A stretch of DNA of 64,000 bases from an uncultured Gemmatimonadales bacterium. GTDB lineage: Bacteria; Gemmatimonadota; Gemmatimonadetes; Gemmatimonadales; GWC2-71-9. The number at the start of each line of letters is the position of its first letter. Position 1 is the stretch's first letter. A program made the position numbers and the translations under genes. Location of the stretch: positions 2,233,261-2,297,260 of the forward strand of contig CAWHFW010000005.1 in NCBI GenBank assembly GCA_963828735.1. Reading direction: 5' to 3'. Below, piece by piece: positions 27,804 through 36,706 of the stretch. The notes under the pieces are model-generated. The model ran no database searches, was not told the origin of the DNA, and saw only the letters and a list, made by a program, of their open reading frames with translations.

Positions 27804-28683
27804 CGAATGTGGCCTTGTCTCGGTTACGGGCTTCGGTCATGCCCTGGACGCGGTCCAGCCCGATGGCGCCGGTGAAATCCGCGCCGTCCAGGTTCGCCTT
27901 GTCCAGCTTGGCCCCGGTGAGGTCGGCGTGTGTGAGGTCGGTCTGCACCAGCTCGGCGTTGCTCAGCGTGGTTCCGGTCAGCCGGGCTTTGGCCAAGGTC
28001 GCGTGGGACAGGTCGGCCTTGAAGAGGTTGGTGTTCGACAGGTCGGCCCCGGTGAGGTCGGCGCCGACGAACGTCGCGCGCATCACGCCCATCGACTGGT
28101 TGCCGGGGTCGGCGCCCATGTTGGCGTTGCGCATGATCGCTCCGGTGAGCTTGGCGCTCCGGAGGTACCCGATGACGCGCGTGCCCGACAGGTTGGCCTC
28201 GCTCAGGTCGGCCGCTTCGATGATCGTGGCGAAGAGGCTCGCCCCCTCGAGGTTGGCGTGCTGAAGCTTGGCGCGTCGAAGCACCGTGCCGTCGAGATTG
28301 GCTTTGGTGAAGTCGGCGCCGGTGAGGATCGCGTCGGTGAGGTCGCACGAGAACAGGTTGGCGCCTGCCAGCTTGCTGCCGGCCAGCGAGACGCCGGTCA
28401 GGTTGGCGCGCTTGAAATCCACGCCGGTCAGGTCGAGCCCGCTGAGGTTGGCCTTGGCGAAGTCGGGAGGCGAGCTCTGCGTCGCGGCGGCGAGGCGCGA
28501 CTTGACCTCGGCCGCCGTGAGCCGAACAGTCGGAGAATCGGCCCGCTCTGCCCGGAGCGGTCCACTCGCGGAGCGGAACAGCCCGGTGGCGCTGGCCGGA
28601 CCCGCGGTGCCGCCGAGCGGCACCGCGACGAGGATCGCGATGCCCGCCTGGAGCCAGGGTGAGATCGGTACGACAGTCGGCAT
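27793..28683 (-). CDS. pentapeptide-repeat protein, secreted
   Basis: ATG 28683 (MPTVVPISPWLQAGIAILVAVPLGG). About 40 A(D/N)LxG-type pentapeptides (ANLSGLDLTGVDFKRANLTGVSLAGSKLAGANL...). Confidence 0.85.
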   Translation of the reverse strand: MPTVVPISPWLQAGIAILVAVPLGGTAGPASATGLFRSASGPLRAERADSPTVRLTAAEVKSRLAAATQSSPPDFAKANLSGLDLTGVDFKRANLTGVSLAGSKLAGANLFSCDLTDAILTGADFTKANLDGTVLRRAKLQHANLEGASLFATIIEAADLSEANLSGTRVIGYLRSAKLTGAIMRNANMGADPGNQSMGVMRATFVGADLTGADLSNTNLFKADLSHATLAKARLTGTTLSNAELVQTDLTHADLTGAKLDKANLDGADFTGAIGLDRVQGMTEARNRDKATFDAK

Positions 28684-28763
28684 CGCTCGCCCCCCGTTGG
28701 GGTGGTCGTGGGACCGTGCCTCGTGAACATATCCGGACTCGGCCTGCTTGGCCAACGTACCGG

Positions 28764-28802
28764 ACAAAAGAAGACGGGACCGCGAAGCTCCGCGGTCCCG
28801 TC
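28764..28802 (-). terminator. intrinsic terminator after xoxG
   Basis: 12-bp perfect stem GACGGGACCGCG / CGCGGTCCCGTC (28773-28784 / 28791-28802) and 6-nt loop, followed on the minus strand by TTCTTTTGT. Confidence 0.75.
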
Positions 28803-28823
28803 GGCCGTGCCACCCTCGAGCGG

Positions 28824-29264
28824 TCAGCCCTCGCGTTTGACCGCTGGTCGGCCGGGCGCGAGCTTCGCGTCGCTTCTCGCCTTCACATAGCTGTAGATCT
28901 TGTCGATCGTTGGGATCTCCATCCCGAGCGAGCACCAGGACGGCATGCCCTTCTCCGGACGTCCGGCGCAGACCGTCTGCATGAACAGCTCTTTCGTGTT
29001 GATCGGTCCGTCGGCCTTGAGCGAGAGGATCAAGTGCGGGGCGAAGGACGTCCCGAGCGCGTCCTCACCGTGGCACCGGGCACAGTTCAGGTTGAACTGC
29101 TTCCACCCGTCGTACACCTCCTGGGTCACAGTGTCCCGCGGCGCCTGGTGGTAGGCATCGCGGAGCTCCTGGGCGACGGCGCGCGTCGTGAGGGCCGAGG
29201 CTGCCAGGAGCACGCCGGCACCCAGCACGATCCGGCGAAGAACGGCGGTGAGGGGCGTACGCAT
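28824..29264 (-). CDS. xoxG: c-type cytochrome, methanol-metabolism type (XoxG-like)
   Basis: Signal peptide, heme motif CARCH, extra Cys pair (VCAGRPEKGMPSWC). Lies directly after xoxJ. Confidence 0.75.
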   Translation of the reverse strand: MRTPLTAVLRRIVLGAGVLLAASALTTRAVAQELRDAYHQAPRDTVTQEVYDGWKQFNLNCARCHGEDALGTSFAPHLILSLKADGPINTKELFMQTVCAGRPEKGMPSWCSLGMEIPTIDKIYSYVKARSDAKLAPGRPAVKREG

Positions 29265-29383
29265 GCTCGCAGACGTTCCTTTCGTTTGCAGGGGAGGTTC
29301 CAGACTGCCGCCGGCCGCGCAACATCCGCGGCCGGCTATCTCGACACTTGTACCGTGCGGCCGTCAGACCGCGGCGCGGAGAC

Positions 29384-30274
29384 TCATCCCGGCCCGGCCT
29401 TCTTGGCCGTATCGGTCGCGGACTTTTCCTGGGCCTCGGTGACGATCGGCAGCATCGGGATGTTGTACTGCTTGAGAATGCCGTCGATCTCCGGCCGCCG
29501 CCGGTCGAGCACCGCCTGGACGCTGTCGCGGAAGTCCTTGTCACGCCGGCGGACGGCGATGCCCATGTTGTATTGGAACGGAATGTCGCTCAGGCTGTCC
29601 TTCGCCGGGAGAGGCGTGAGCACGAGCGGCACGGGGGACTGCTTCGCGAAGTAGCCGGCGAGCGGCCCCCAGACGATGGCGAGGTCCACGTCCTTGTTGG
29701 CCACACCCTTGATGATGTCCTCTGGGCGCTCTTTGTCACTGAAAAACGTGAAATAGCCGGTCAGGTTGCCCACCACGCCATAGCGGCTCAGGGCCATGGC
29801 CGGCGGCGAGTTCTCGGCGTCGGAGGTGTACATGTTGACGCCGATCTTGAGCTTCTTGAGCCGCGGGTCGGCCAGCGACTTGAGGTCCTCGAGCCCGCTG
29901 CCCTGACGAACCACGAACACATAGCCCGAGCGGAAGTAGGGCTTGGTTACGCCGGCTATGTCGAGGCCGGCCGGCGCCTCCATCGCCATGTCGCAGTACA
30001 TGCCGTTCAGGATGCGGAAGTAGCCTCGCCGCGTGGGGTACCACACGTAGGTCAGTTTGGCCTTCAGCTCCGTCGCGACCAGCTCCGCGATCTTGTTCTC
30101 GAAGCCCTCACTCTTTTCGTTGGACGAGGGCATGTTGTCCGGGTCGGCACAGACCCGGATGAGGCCCGGGTCCCTGGGCGCGGGGCGCTGGGCATGAGCC
30201 GGTACGGCCCGGACCAGGCCGAAGCCGGCCAGCACCAGGAAACACGCAGTCTGTGAAGCACGGTGCGACATCAC
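29384..30274 (-). CDS. xoxJ: quinoprotein-dehydrogenase-associated periplasmic binding protein (MoxJ/XoxJ-like)
   Basis: Signal peptide. LIRVCADPDNMPSSN...GFENKIAELVA... is a type-2 periplasmic-binding fold, as in MoxJ. Sits between xoxF and the cytochrome gene. Confidence 0.8.
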   Translation of the reverse strand: MMSHRASQTACFLVLAGFGLVRAVPAHAQRPAPRDPGLIRVCADPDNMPSSNEKSEGFENKIAELVATELKAKLTYVWYPTRRGYFRILNGMYCDMAMEAPAGLDIAGVTKPYFRSGYVFVVRQGSGLEDLKSLADPRLKKLKIGVNMYTSDAENSPPAMALSRYGVVGNLTGYFTFFSDKERPEDIIKGVANKDVDLAIVWGPLAGYFAKQSPVPLVLTPLPAKDSLSDIPFQYNMGIAVRRRDKDFRDSVQAVLDRRRPEIDGILKQYNIPMLPIVTEAQEKSATDTAKKAGPG

Positions 30275-30305
30275 GCCATCCTGTCTCGAGTCTCTCCTGA
30301 ACGAC

Positions 30306-30388
30306 CACGGCGCCGGAGCTGACCGCGCCCCGGCGCCGTGCTCATTTCGTAATTTACCCCCCTGGCGACCGGAGGCTATACCCTCCGG
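30306..30388 (-). promoter_or_regulatory. two intercistronic GC hairpins between xoxF and xoxJ
   Basis: 11-bp perfect stem CACGGCGCCGG / CCGGCGCCGTG (30306-30316 / 30330-30340) and 7-bp stem CCGGAGG / CCTCCGG (30369-30375 / 30382-30388). No U-tract. Confidence 0.45.
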
Positions 30389-30409
30389 ACCGCCAGAGCT
30401 TCTGCCGTA

Positions 30410-32293
30410 TTACTTCGGCGCCGCCATGTTCTTGAGACCGAACACGGTCATCACGCCGCCCTGGGTGCTGAACTGGCCCGCGTCGCCGAAGGCGCCGAGC
30501 GCGCCGAGACCGGCGGTCGGATCTTCTGCGCCGATGCCAGCGGCCACGCCGATACCGGCCCAGCCGCCGATGCCCGAGTAGACGGCCACGTACTGCTGGC
30601 CATCCGGCCCGAGGTAGGTCATCGGGTTGCCGATGATGCCCGACGGCGTCTTGAACTGCCAGAGGACCTTGCCGGTCTTGGCATCGACGCCCTTGAGCCA
30701 GCCTTCCATGGTGCCGTAGAAGACGAGCCCGCCGGCCGTGGTCATGGCCCCGCCGTACGCCGCGAGGTTCTCCTTGATCTCCCACACCACGGAGCCCTTC
30801 ATCGGATCCCAGGCGATGAACCGGCCGCGATGGCCGCCGGGGCCCGGGAACATCCGCACGATCGCGCCGACGTACGGCTGACCGGCGGTGTACTTCACCT
30901 CGACGCCTTCATAGTCCATGCAGATGTGGTTCGCCGGGACGTAGAAGAGGCCGGTGACCGGCGAGTACGCCGAGGGCTGCTGATCCTTGAAGCCGATGGC
31001 GGCCGGGCAGATGCCCTCGCCGTTCTTCTTCGAGGAGGTGCCGTACTTCGGATCCTTGACCGGCACGCCGGTGGTCGTGACGCCCTCGACCGGGGTGCCC
31101 GTGCCGCCGTTTTTGGCCCAGTTGATCGGGCCGTACGCGTTGCCGACGATAACCTTGCCGTTGGTGCGGTCGACCGTGTACGCGATGCCGTTACGATCGA
31201 AGTGGGCAAGCAGCTTCTTGCCACCGCTCTCGAACAGCACGTTCTCGTTCACGCCGTCATAGTCCCACTCATCGTGCGGGGTCATCTGGTAGGCCCAGAC
31301 CACCGTGCCGTCATCCGGCTTCCGCGCGAACATGGTCATCGACCACTTGTTGTCGCCCGGCCGCTGGTCAGGATTCCAGGTGCCCGGGTTGCCCACGCTG
31401 TAGTAGAAGTTGTCGAGCTCGGGGTCGTAGGAGTACCAGCCCCACGTGGTCCCGCCGCCCCGCTTCCACTCGTCGCCCTGCCAGGTCGAGACGCCGAGAT
31501 CCTTGCCCTTGTGAGACGGATAGTTCGCGTTCGCGTCGCCCTTGAGGAGGACTTCGTCGTCCGGGCCGGTGCTGTAGCCGGTCCAGATGTGCTCGCCCGT
31601 GTTGGCGTCGAAGGCCGAGACGCGGCCGCGCACGCCGAACTCGCCGCCGGAGATACCGGCGATGACGATTTCCTTGCCCGACTTGGTCTTGATGTAGATC
31701 GGGGCGTTGGTCATCGTGGCGCCCTGCTTGTAGCCGTTGGCCTCGACCCCGGCGTTCGAGTGATCCGGGTGCTTGGCCTTCCACAGCTCCTTGCCGGTCT
31801 TCGCGTCGAGGGCGATCAGCTCACCCTGCAGCGCCTGGATGTAGATCTTCCCGCTCGGGCTGTACGCCGTTCCACGATTCACCAGGTCGCAGCACGCGAT
31901 TGGAATCGCGTCGGGCGACTGGTTGGGCACGTACTTCCAGATCTGCGGCGCGCCGGGCTTCGACAGATCGAGCGCGTACACGATGTTCGGGAAGGACGTG
32001 TTGACGTACATCACATTGCCGATGACGAGCGGATTGCCCTCGTGGCCGCGCAGCGTGCCGGTCGAGAACGACCAGACGGGCCGCAGCTCGCCGACGTTGG
32101 CCGTCGTGATCTGCTTGAGCGGGCTGAACCGCTGCAGGCTGTAATCACGGCCGGTCATCGTCCATTCGCCCTCTTTGCCGTTCAGGGTCCATGCCCCTGT
32201 ACGAGCAGCCTGGGCGTTGGCGGACGCAACGAAGGCTACGCTCAGCCCCGCCGCGATCCCGCCGCACAGCACCTTCTGCGTAAAGCGGTTCAT
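30410..32293 (-). CDS. xoxF: PQQ-dependent methanol/ethanol dehydrogenase, lanthanide-type (XoxF)
   Basis: ATG 32293 with GAGG SD. Signal peptide. Vicinal disulfide IACCD. W-repeat propeller. WDYDGVNE carries the extra Asp characteristic of XoxF (MxaF has Ala there). 627 aa. The track ORF to 32818 is a spurious extension. Confidence 0.93.
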   Translation of the reverse strand: MNRFTQKVLCGGIAAGLSVAFVASANAQAARTGAWTLNGKEGEWTMTGRDYSLQRFSPLKQITTANVGELRPVWSFSTGTLRGHEGNPLVIGNVMYVNTSFPNIVYALDLSKPGAPQIWKYVPNQSPDAIPIACCDLVNRGTAYSPSGKIYIQALQGELIALDAKTGKELWKAKHPDHSNAGVEANGYKQGATMTNAPIYIKTKSGKEIVIAGISGGEFGVRGRVSAFDANTGEHIWTGYSTGPDDEVLLKGDANANYPSHKGKDLGVSTWQGDEWKRGGGTTWGWYSYDPELDNFYYSVGNPGTWNPDQRPGDNKWSMTMFARKPDDGTVVWAYQMTPHDEWDYDGVNENVLFESGGKKLLAHFDRNGIAYTVDRTNGKVIVGNAYGPINWAKNGGTGTPVEGVTTTGVPVKDPKYGTSSKKNGEGICPAAIGFKDQQPSAYSPVTGLFYVPANHICMDYEGVEVKYTAGQPYVGAIVRMFPGPGGHRGRFIAWDPMKGSVVWEIKENLAAYGGAMTTAGGLVFYGTMEGWLKGVDAKTGKVLWQFKTPSGIIGNPMTYLGPDGQQYVAVYSGIGGWAGIGVAAGIGAEDPTAGLGALGAFGDAGQFSTQGGVMTVFGLKNMAAPK

Positions 32294-33038
32294 AACTGAC
32301 CTCAGGATGAAGGGTGGTTCTACTGCTCTACTGCATTTCGTTGCCGCGTGCTGGCTGACGTGTGCTGCGAGTGCCGGGGGCGGCTGAGGCGGCGACTGGG
32401 CTCGAGTCCCGCTCGTGGCTGCCGGCCGGCGCGACCTACGGACTGGCAGGACGGCCGGGCGGCGACGGCGGACCTCGTTCGGCCATCGCGGGGTCCCCGC
32501 GCTCGCTGCGGGATGGGGTTCTCCCTGAAGTACGCCTCGAGACAGCCCCGCGGATGGTCGCGGGATGCGCCACGGCGTCAGGGCACCGGGCTGGACTCGG
32601 GCACGAGGCAACGCTGTGAGGAGTGCGAAAACGACCAAGGGAAGGGAGCGACGAGGACCGGAAGGACAGGGGTGACGCGGTATGCCCGTTCGGATGCCAC
32701 CGCCACCGCGTCGTTCCCGTGCGCCACGCGCCCTGCGAGGCGCAGGACCGCGCATCGACCGCGAGGGAATACGACATCGTGCCAACGGTGGAAGCGAACG
32801 GGAACAAGCCCATCTCACCCCTCAGCGTCGCCGCTGAACCACGTTGTGCTCATTTAAAGAACTGCACTTGAGGAGGCGGCTCGGCACTGTGCCGCCCGAA
32901 ACATTCTTCTGTTCCAAGCCCTGGAAACACTGGAGCAGTCCCGCGACAGTCGACTGTGGCACTGCGACGCGAACATCAGCCAAGTCGCCGCCTGCGGGAG
33001 GCTTAGAGGGGCCAGTATACATCGTGCAAAATGAACTG

Positions 33039-34016
33039 TCAATCACGGTTTCCGGCATTTCGCGACCGCCAGACCCGGGCCCCGGACCCCGCGAATCCCC
33101 CCTCGAAAACCTGGCCGCCCGGTCCCGCCACCTCCGCTGCCCGCCCCGCCAGCGCCCGTCCCTCCTCCACGCTCCCGACCAGCCCATACACCGCGGGCCC
33201 CCAGGAGCTCTGCCCGACCCCCGCCGCCCCCCACTCCGCCAGGCGTCCGACCAGCGTTTCCGAGGGGCCGCGCGCGAAGGTCCCGCCTTGCTCGGGAGCG
33301 AACCACGCGCCGGTGATGCGCTGGATCTCCGTGAGCGCGGCGCCGAAGCTCGTGAGATCGGCCTCCGCCAGCGCCGGCAACAGCTGCATCAGCACCAGGT
33401 GCGCGACGCGCTCCACTTCACGCTCGGCGGGCGGCGCGAGCCGTTCGAACGCCGCGGCCTCGGCGTCGCCGCTCAAGCCAGGGGTGCCCCGAGGCACCAC
33501 CACCACGCAGCGCCATGTTGCCGGAAGTGGAAAACGGGCCAGCAGCGGTGCGATGTCGCCCGCCCCCGGCCTGCGTCCACCTTCCACGATGAAGCCGCCC
33601 AGGGCGAATGTCCAGGTGCCGATCGCCGATCGGCGGCCACGGTCCACCGCGCGCGCCAGGGCGGCGGGCTCGGTCGGGAGGCCGTAGAGCTCCGCGAGCG
33701 CGCGCGCCACGGCCAGGCCGAGCTGGGTGCCGGAGCCGAGTCCGCTGTGCGGCGGGATCGCCCGATGCACCGTCAGACGCACGCCGCCAGTGAGCTCGTG
33801 GTGGGCGAGGAATCGCTCCGCGAACGCCATGGCGCGCTCCGCCTCCGGTCCACGGGCGCTCAACCCTGTGGCCCGGACCGCCTCCAGCAACAGCGATGGC
33901 GCCGGCACTGCGGCGCCCAGTCCGCCAAAGCGCCGGCCCAGTGCCCCGCGGAGGTCGAGCACCCCGAAATGGAGCCGGGCATCCGCCTCCACGAAGACGC
34001 TACCGGTCTCGGACAT
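33039..34016 (-). CDS. mptG: beta-ribofuranosylaminobenzene 5'-phosphate synthase (GHMP-kinase fold)
   Basis: ATG 34016. ARLHFGVLDL...IPPHSGLGSGTQLGLAVARAL is typical of beta-RFAP synthase, the first committed H4MPT step. pabAB lie upstream. Confidence 0.8.
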   Translation of the reverse strand: MSETGSVFVEADARLHFGVLDLRGALGRRFGGLGAAVPAPSLLLEAVRATGLSARGPEAERAMAFAERFLAHHELTGGVRLTVHRAIPPHSGLGSGTQLGLAVARALAELYGLPTEPAALARAVDRGRRSAIGTWTFALGGFIVEGGRRPGAGDIAPLLARFPLPATWRCVVVVPRGTPGLSGDAEAAAFERLAPPAEREVERVAHLVLMQLLPALAEADLTSFGAALTEIQRITGAWFAPEQGGTFARGPSETLVGRLAEWGAAGVGQSSWGPAVYGLVGSVEEGRALAGRAAEVAGPGGQVFEGGFAGSGARVWRSRNAGNRD

Positions 34017-34545
34017 ACTCGGTGAGCATGGCCATCGCCTCATGCTCGCGCGGTCCGGCGGTCTTGTCCACGATGACCTGCAGGCGGGCGAACTCGGAGC
34101 GGATCTCCTCGCGCGGGATGAGGTGTGTCCGGGTCGCGAAGATGGCGGCCTCGAGCACCGCGTGGCGGGCGCGGTTGAAGCCGAGGAACTCCCGCCGGTT
34201 TCCGCGATGCACCACGCGGGTCTCGATGCGCGATCTGGGTGGCGTGTCGTCGATCGACACCACCTCGAGCTCGCGCCAGGAGCAAGCGGCCTCGAGCACC
34301 GCCCCGCGCACCACCGTCGCCGGCAGCCAGGGGAACTGGGGACTCGAAATGGCCCCCTGGGCGAACAGCATGACGTCGTCGGTGAGATTGACGACGGCCA
34401 CCCGCGTCTCGCGCACGTTGCGGAACGTGGTCGTCTCGAGAAACGGCTTGATGACGATCGTCGGGTCGCCCCACTCGACGCCCATGGGGGCGAAGTTGAT
34501 CGCCCCATCCGGCGCCATCGTCGTCAGGATGGACTCGATGATCAC
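34000..34545 (-). CDS. DUF447-family protein (H4MPT-cluster associated)
   Basis: GTG 34545 overlaps the pabA stop (GTGA). VIIESILTTMAPDGAINFAPMGV... is a flavin-reductase-like split barrel. Confidence 0.7.
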   Translation of the reverse strand: MIIESILTTMAPDGAINFAPMGVEWGDPTIVIKPFLETTTFRNVRETRVAVVNLTDDVMLFAQGAISSPQFPWLPATVVRGAVLEAACSWRELEVVSIDDTPPRSRIETRVVHRGNRREFLGFNRARHAVLEAAIFATRTHLIPREEIRSEFARLQVIVDKTAGPREHEAMAMLTEYVRDR

Positions 34546-35216
34546 CGCACGATATCCACCGGCGGTGGGGCGGAGGCGAGCGTGCTCTCTTCGGGGCCCG
34601 CGGGCACGAGCACGCAGTCGGCAGCGACGGGCACGGCGCGGGGAGTGGCCGGAACCCCGTGCAGGAAGTGATCGACCAGGCGGTAGCCGTGCTCCGTCAG
34701 CACCGATTCCGGGTGGAACTGCACCCCGTGCACCGGGTGCCGGGCGTGCTGGACGGCCATGATCTCGCCGTCCTCGGACGTCGCCAGGACCTCGAGATCG
34801 GACGGAACGGAGGCCGGCGCGATCACGAGCGAGTGGTATCGGGTCGCGCGAAACGGCGAGGGCAAGCCGTGAAAGATGCCGGCGCCGGTGTGGTGGATCA
34901 TCGAGGTCTTGCCGTGCATGGGCTGACCGGCTCGAACGATCTCGCCGCCGTAGGCGGCCCCGATGCATTGGTGTCCCAGACACACTCCCAGGATCGGTAT
35001 CGTGGCGCCGAGACGGCGGACGACCTCGGTGGAAATCCCCGCCTCGGCGGGCGAGCAGGGACCCGGGGAAATGATGATGTGGGAGGGCGCCATCGCTTCC
35101 ACGTCATCGACGCTCAGGGCGTCGTGCCGGAGGACCACCGGGGTTTCCCCGAGCTCACGGACGTAGCGCGCCAGGTTGTAGACGAACGAGTCGTAGTTGT
35201 CGAGCAGGAGGATCAT
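34542..35216 (-). CDS. pabA: aminodeoxychorismate/anthranilate synthase component II (glutamine amidotransferase)
   Basis: MILLLDNYDSFVYNL, GVCLGHQ (catalytic Cys), VQFHPES. ATGA overlap with pabB. Confidence 0.85.
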   Translation of the reverse strand: MILLLDNYDSFVYNLARYVRELGETPVVLRHDALSVDDVEAMAPSHIIISPGPCSPAEAGISTEVVRRLGATIPILGVCLGHQCIGAAYGGEIVRAGQPMHGKTSMIHHTGAGIFHGLPSPFRATRYHSLVIAPASVPSDLEVLATSEDGEIMAVQHARHPVHGVQFHPESVLTEHGYRLVDHFLHGVPATPRAVPVAADCVLVPAGPEESTLASAPPPVDIVR

Positions 35217-36706
35217 GAGCCGGCCAGCGCGCCGATCAACCCGCGCGCCTTGTCCAGAGTTTCCCGGTATTCGAGCTCGGGATCGGAATCGGCCACGATT
35301 CCGCCGCCCGCCTGGAAGTATACCCGGCCCCGAAGCGCCAGATAGGTACGGATCACGATGCTCGTATCCATCGCGCCCGTCGTCGACAGATACCCGATGG
35401 AGCCGCAGTACACGCCGCGGCGGGACGGCTCGAGCTCGGCGATGATCTCCATCGCCCGGACCTTGGGCGCGCCCGTGATTGAGCCGCCTGGAAACGCCGC
35501 GCGAAGGAGCTGAATCGCATCCGCCGACGGGTCGAGCTCGCCGACGACGGTCGACACGAGATGATGCACGGTCGGATGCGCCTCGAGCGCGAACAGCTCG
35601 GGCACGCGGACGGTCCCCGCCTTGCACACCCGCGAGAGGTCGTTCCGCAGCAGATCCACGATCATCACGTTCTCGGCCCGGTCCTTGTCGCTCTCGGCGA
35701 GGGCGCGACCGAGCGCGGCGTCGTGCATCGGGCCGAGCCCGCGGGGACGGGTGCCCTTGATGGGGCGGGTCTCGACGTGGCGCCCGTTCTCGTCCAGCCG
35801 AAGGAACCGCTCCGGCGAGGCGCTCATCACGTGGTGGCTGCCGCAGTCGAGATAGGCGGCAAACGGGGCCGGATTCCGGCGCCGGAGGCGGGTGTAGAGA
35901 TCGAACGGCGCCTCGGTGAGCGGCGACTGGAAACGCTGGGAGAGGTTGGCCTGGAAGATGTCCCCGGCGACGATGTAGTCGCGGACGCGAGTGACCGCGT
36001 CGAGGTAGCCGCGGTGCGTGAACGTCGAGCGGAGTCCGATCGGCTCCGCCCGCTCCACGCCGAGCACCGGGTAGGACGGCGCCTCCGCCTCTACGGGCGG
36101 GAGGTGCGGACGTCCGCCGGTCGCGGGCCGTCGGGCGGGACCGCCCAACCGCTCCCGCACCATCGCCAACCGCTCGCGCGCACGGACCTCGCGCGCCACG
36201 CCGGACTCGGGCAGCCCGGTCGAGATGATCCAGGCCGTTCCGACCCGGTGGTCCCACGCGATGACCCAGTCGTACAGGCCGAGAATGACGTCGGGGATCG
36301 CGAGGTCGTCGAACCGGGGCGCCGGCAGGCGCTCGAGGGCCGCGCCGTAGTCGTATCCGATGTACCCGGCGGCGCCTCCCTGGAATGGTGGCAGGCCCGA
36401 GACGGGCGCGGCGGCGAACGGCGCCAGCAGCTCCCCCACGGTGAGCAGGGGATCCGCGTCGGTAGGTGTCCACGGGAGGCCAGGGCCACCGATCTCCGTC
36501 GTCCGCCCCTTGCTGCGCACGATCCGCGCGGGGTCGGCGGCGAGGAACGAGTAGCGGCCGAGGTGGTGAGCGTCGCCCCCGCGCGGGGCGCCCGTGGCGC
36601 TGTCGAGAAACACGAGCCACGGAAGGTCGAGGAACCGGGCGACGACCGCGATCGGGTCCCCCGTCTCGCCCAGGTTGTCTACCAGCGGGGCCGCACGATC
36701 GTCCAT
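35213..36706 (-). CDS. pabB: aminodeoxychorismate synthase component I
   Basis: ATG 36706 (TAATG overlap). Chorismate-binding core SPERFL, PIKGTRPRG, DRAENVMIVDLLRND, FPGGSITGAPK, YCGSIGY. Confidence 0.85.
   Translation of the reverse strand: MDDRAAPLVDNLGETGDPIAVVARFLDLPWLVFLDSATGAPRGGDAHHLGRYSFLAADPARIVRSKGRTTEIGGPGLPWTPTDADPLLTVGELLAPFAAAPVSGLPPFQGGAAGYIGYDYGAALERLPAPRFDDLAIPDVILGLYDWVIAWDHRVGTAWIISTGLPESGVAREVRARERLAMVRERLGGPARRPATGGRPHLPPVEAEAPSYPVLGVERAEPIGLRSTFTHRGYLDAVTRVRDYIVAGDIFQANLSQRFQSPLTEAPFDLYTRLRRRNPAPFAAYLDCGSHHVMSASPERFLRLDENGRHVETRPIKGTRPRGLGPMHDAALGRALAESDKDRAENVMIVDLLRNDLSRVCKAGTVRVPELFALEAHPTVHHLVSTVVGELDPSADAIQLLRAAFPGGSITGAPKVRAMEIIAELEPSRRGVYCGSIGYLSTTGAMDTSIVIRTYLALRGRVYFQAGGGIVADSDPELEYRETLDKARGLIGALAGS

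Noticed and set aside
27850-28470. Strong short-period DNA periodicity that could be mistaken for a tandem repeat or CRISPR-like array.
   Set aside because: It is the 15-nt periodicity of pentapeptide-repeat codons inside one continuous ORF. There is no repeat-spacer structure. The TSP3 repeat region at 20483-20912 is explained the same way.
30410-32818. Track ORFs whose first start codon lies far upstream of the real start. Examples: xoxF listed as 802 aa; 3377..4996; 4594..6684; 6153..8483; 33039..34508; 34542..36620; 35213..38185; 53648..55378.
   Set aside because: The upstream parts are Arg/Pro-rich and overlap the preceding gene in another frame. Internal starts give normal protein lengths, signal peptides at the N-terminus, SD sequences or 4-nt coupling overlaps.
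32957-32972. A TGGCAC-N5-CGCGA sigma-54-like motif in the xoxF upstream spacer (+ strand).
   Set aside because: The -12 half does not match TTGC. The motif also points away from xoxF, towards the 3' end of mptG, and no + strand gene lies downstream.
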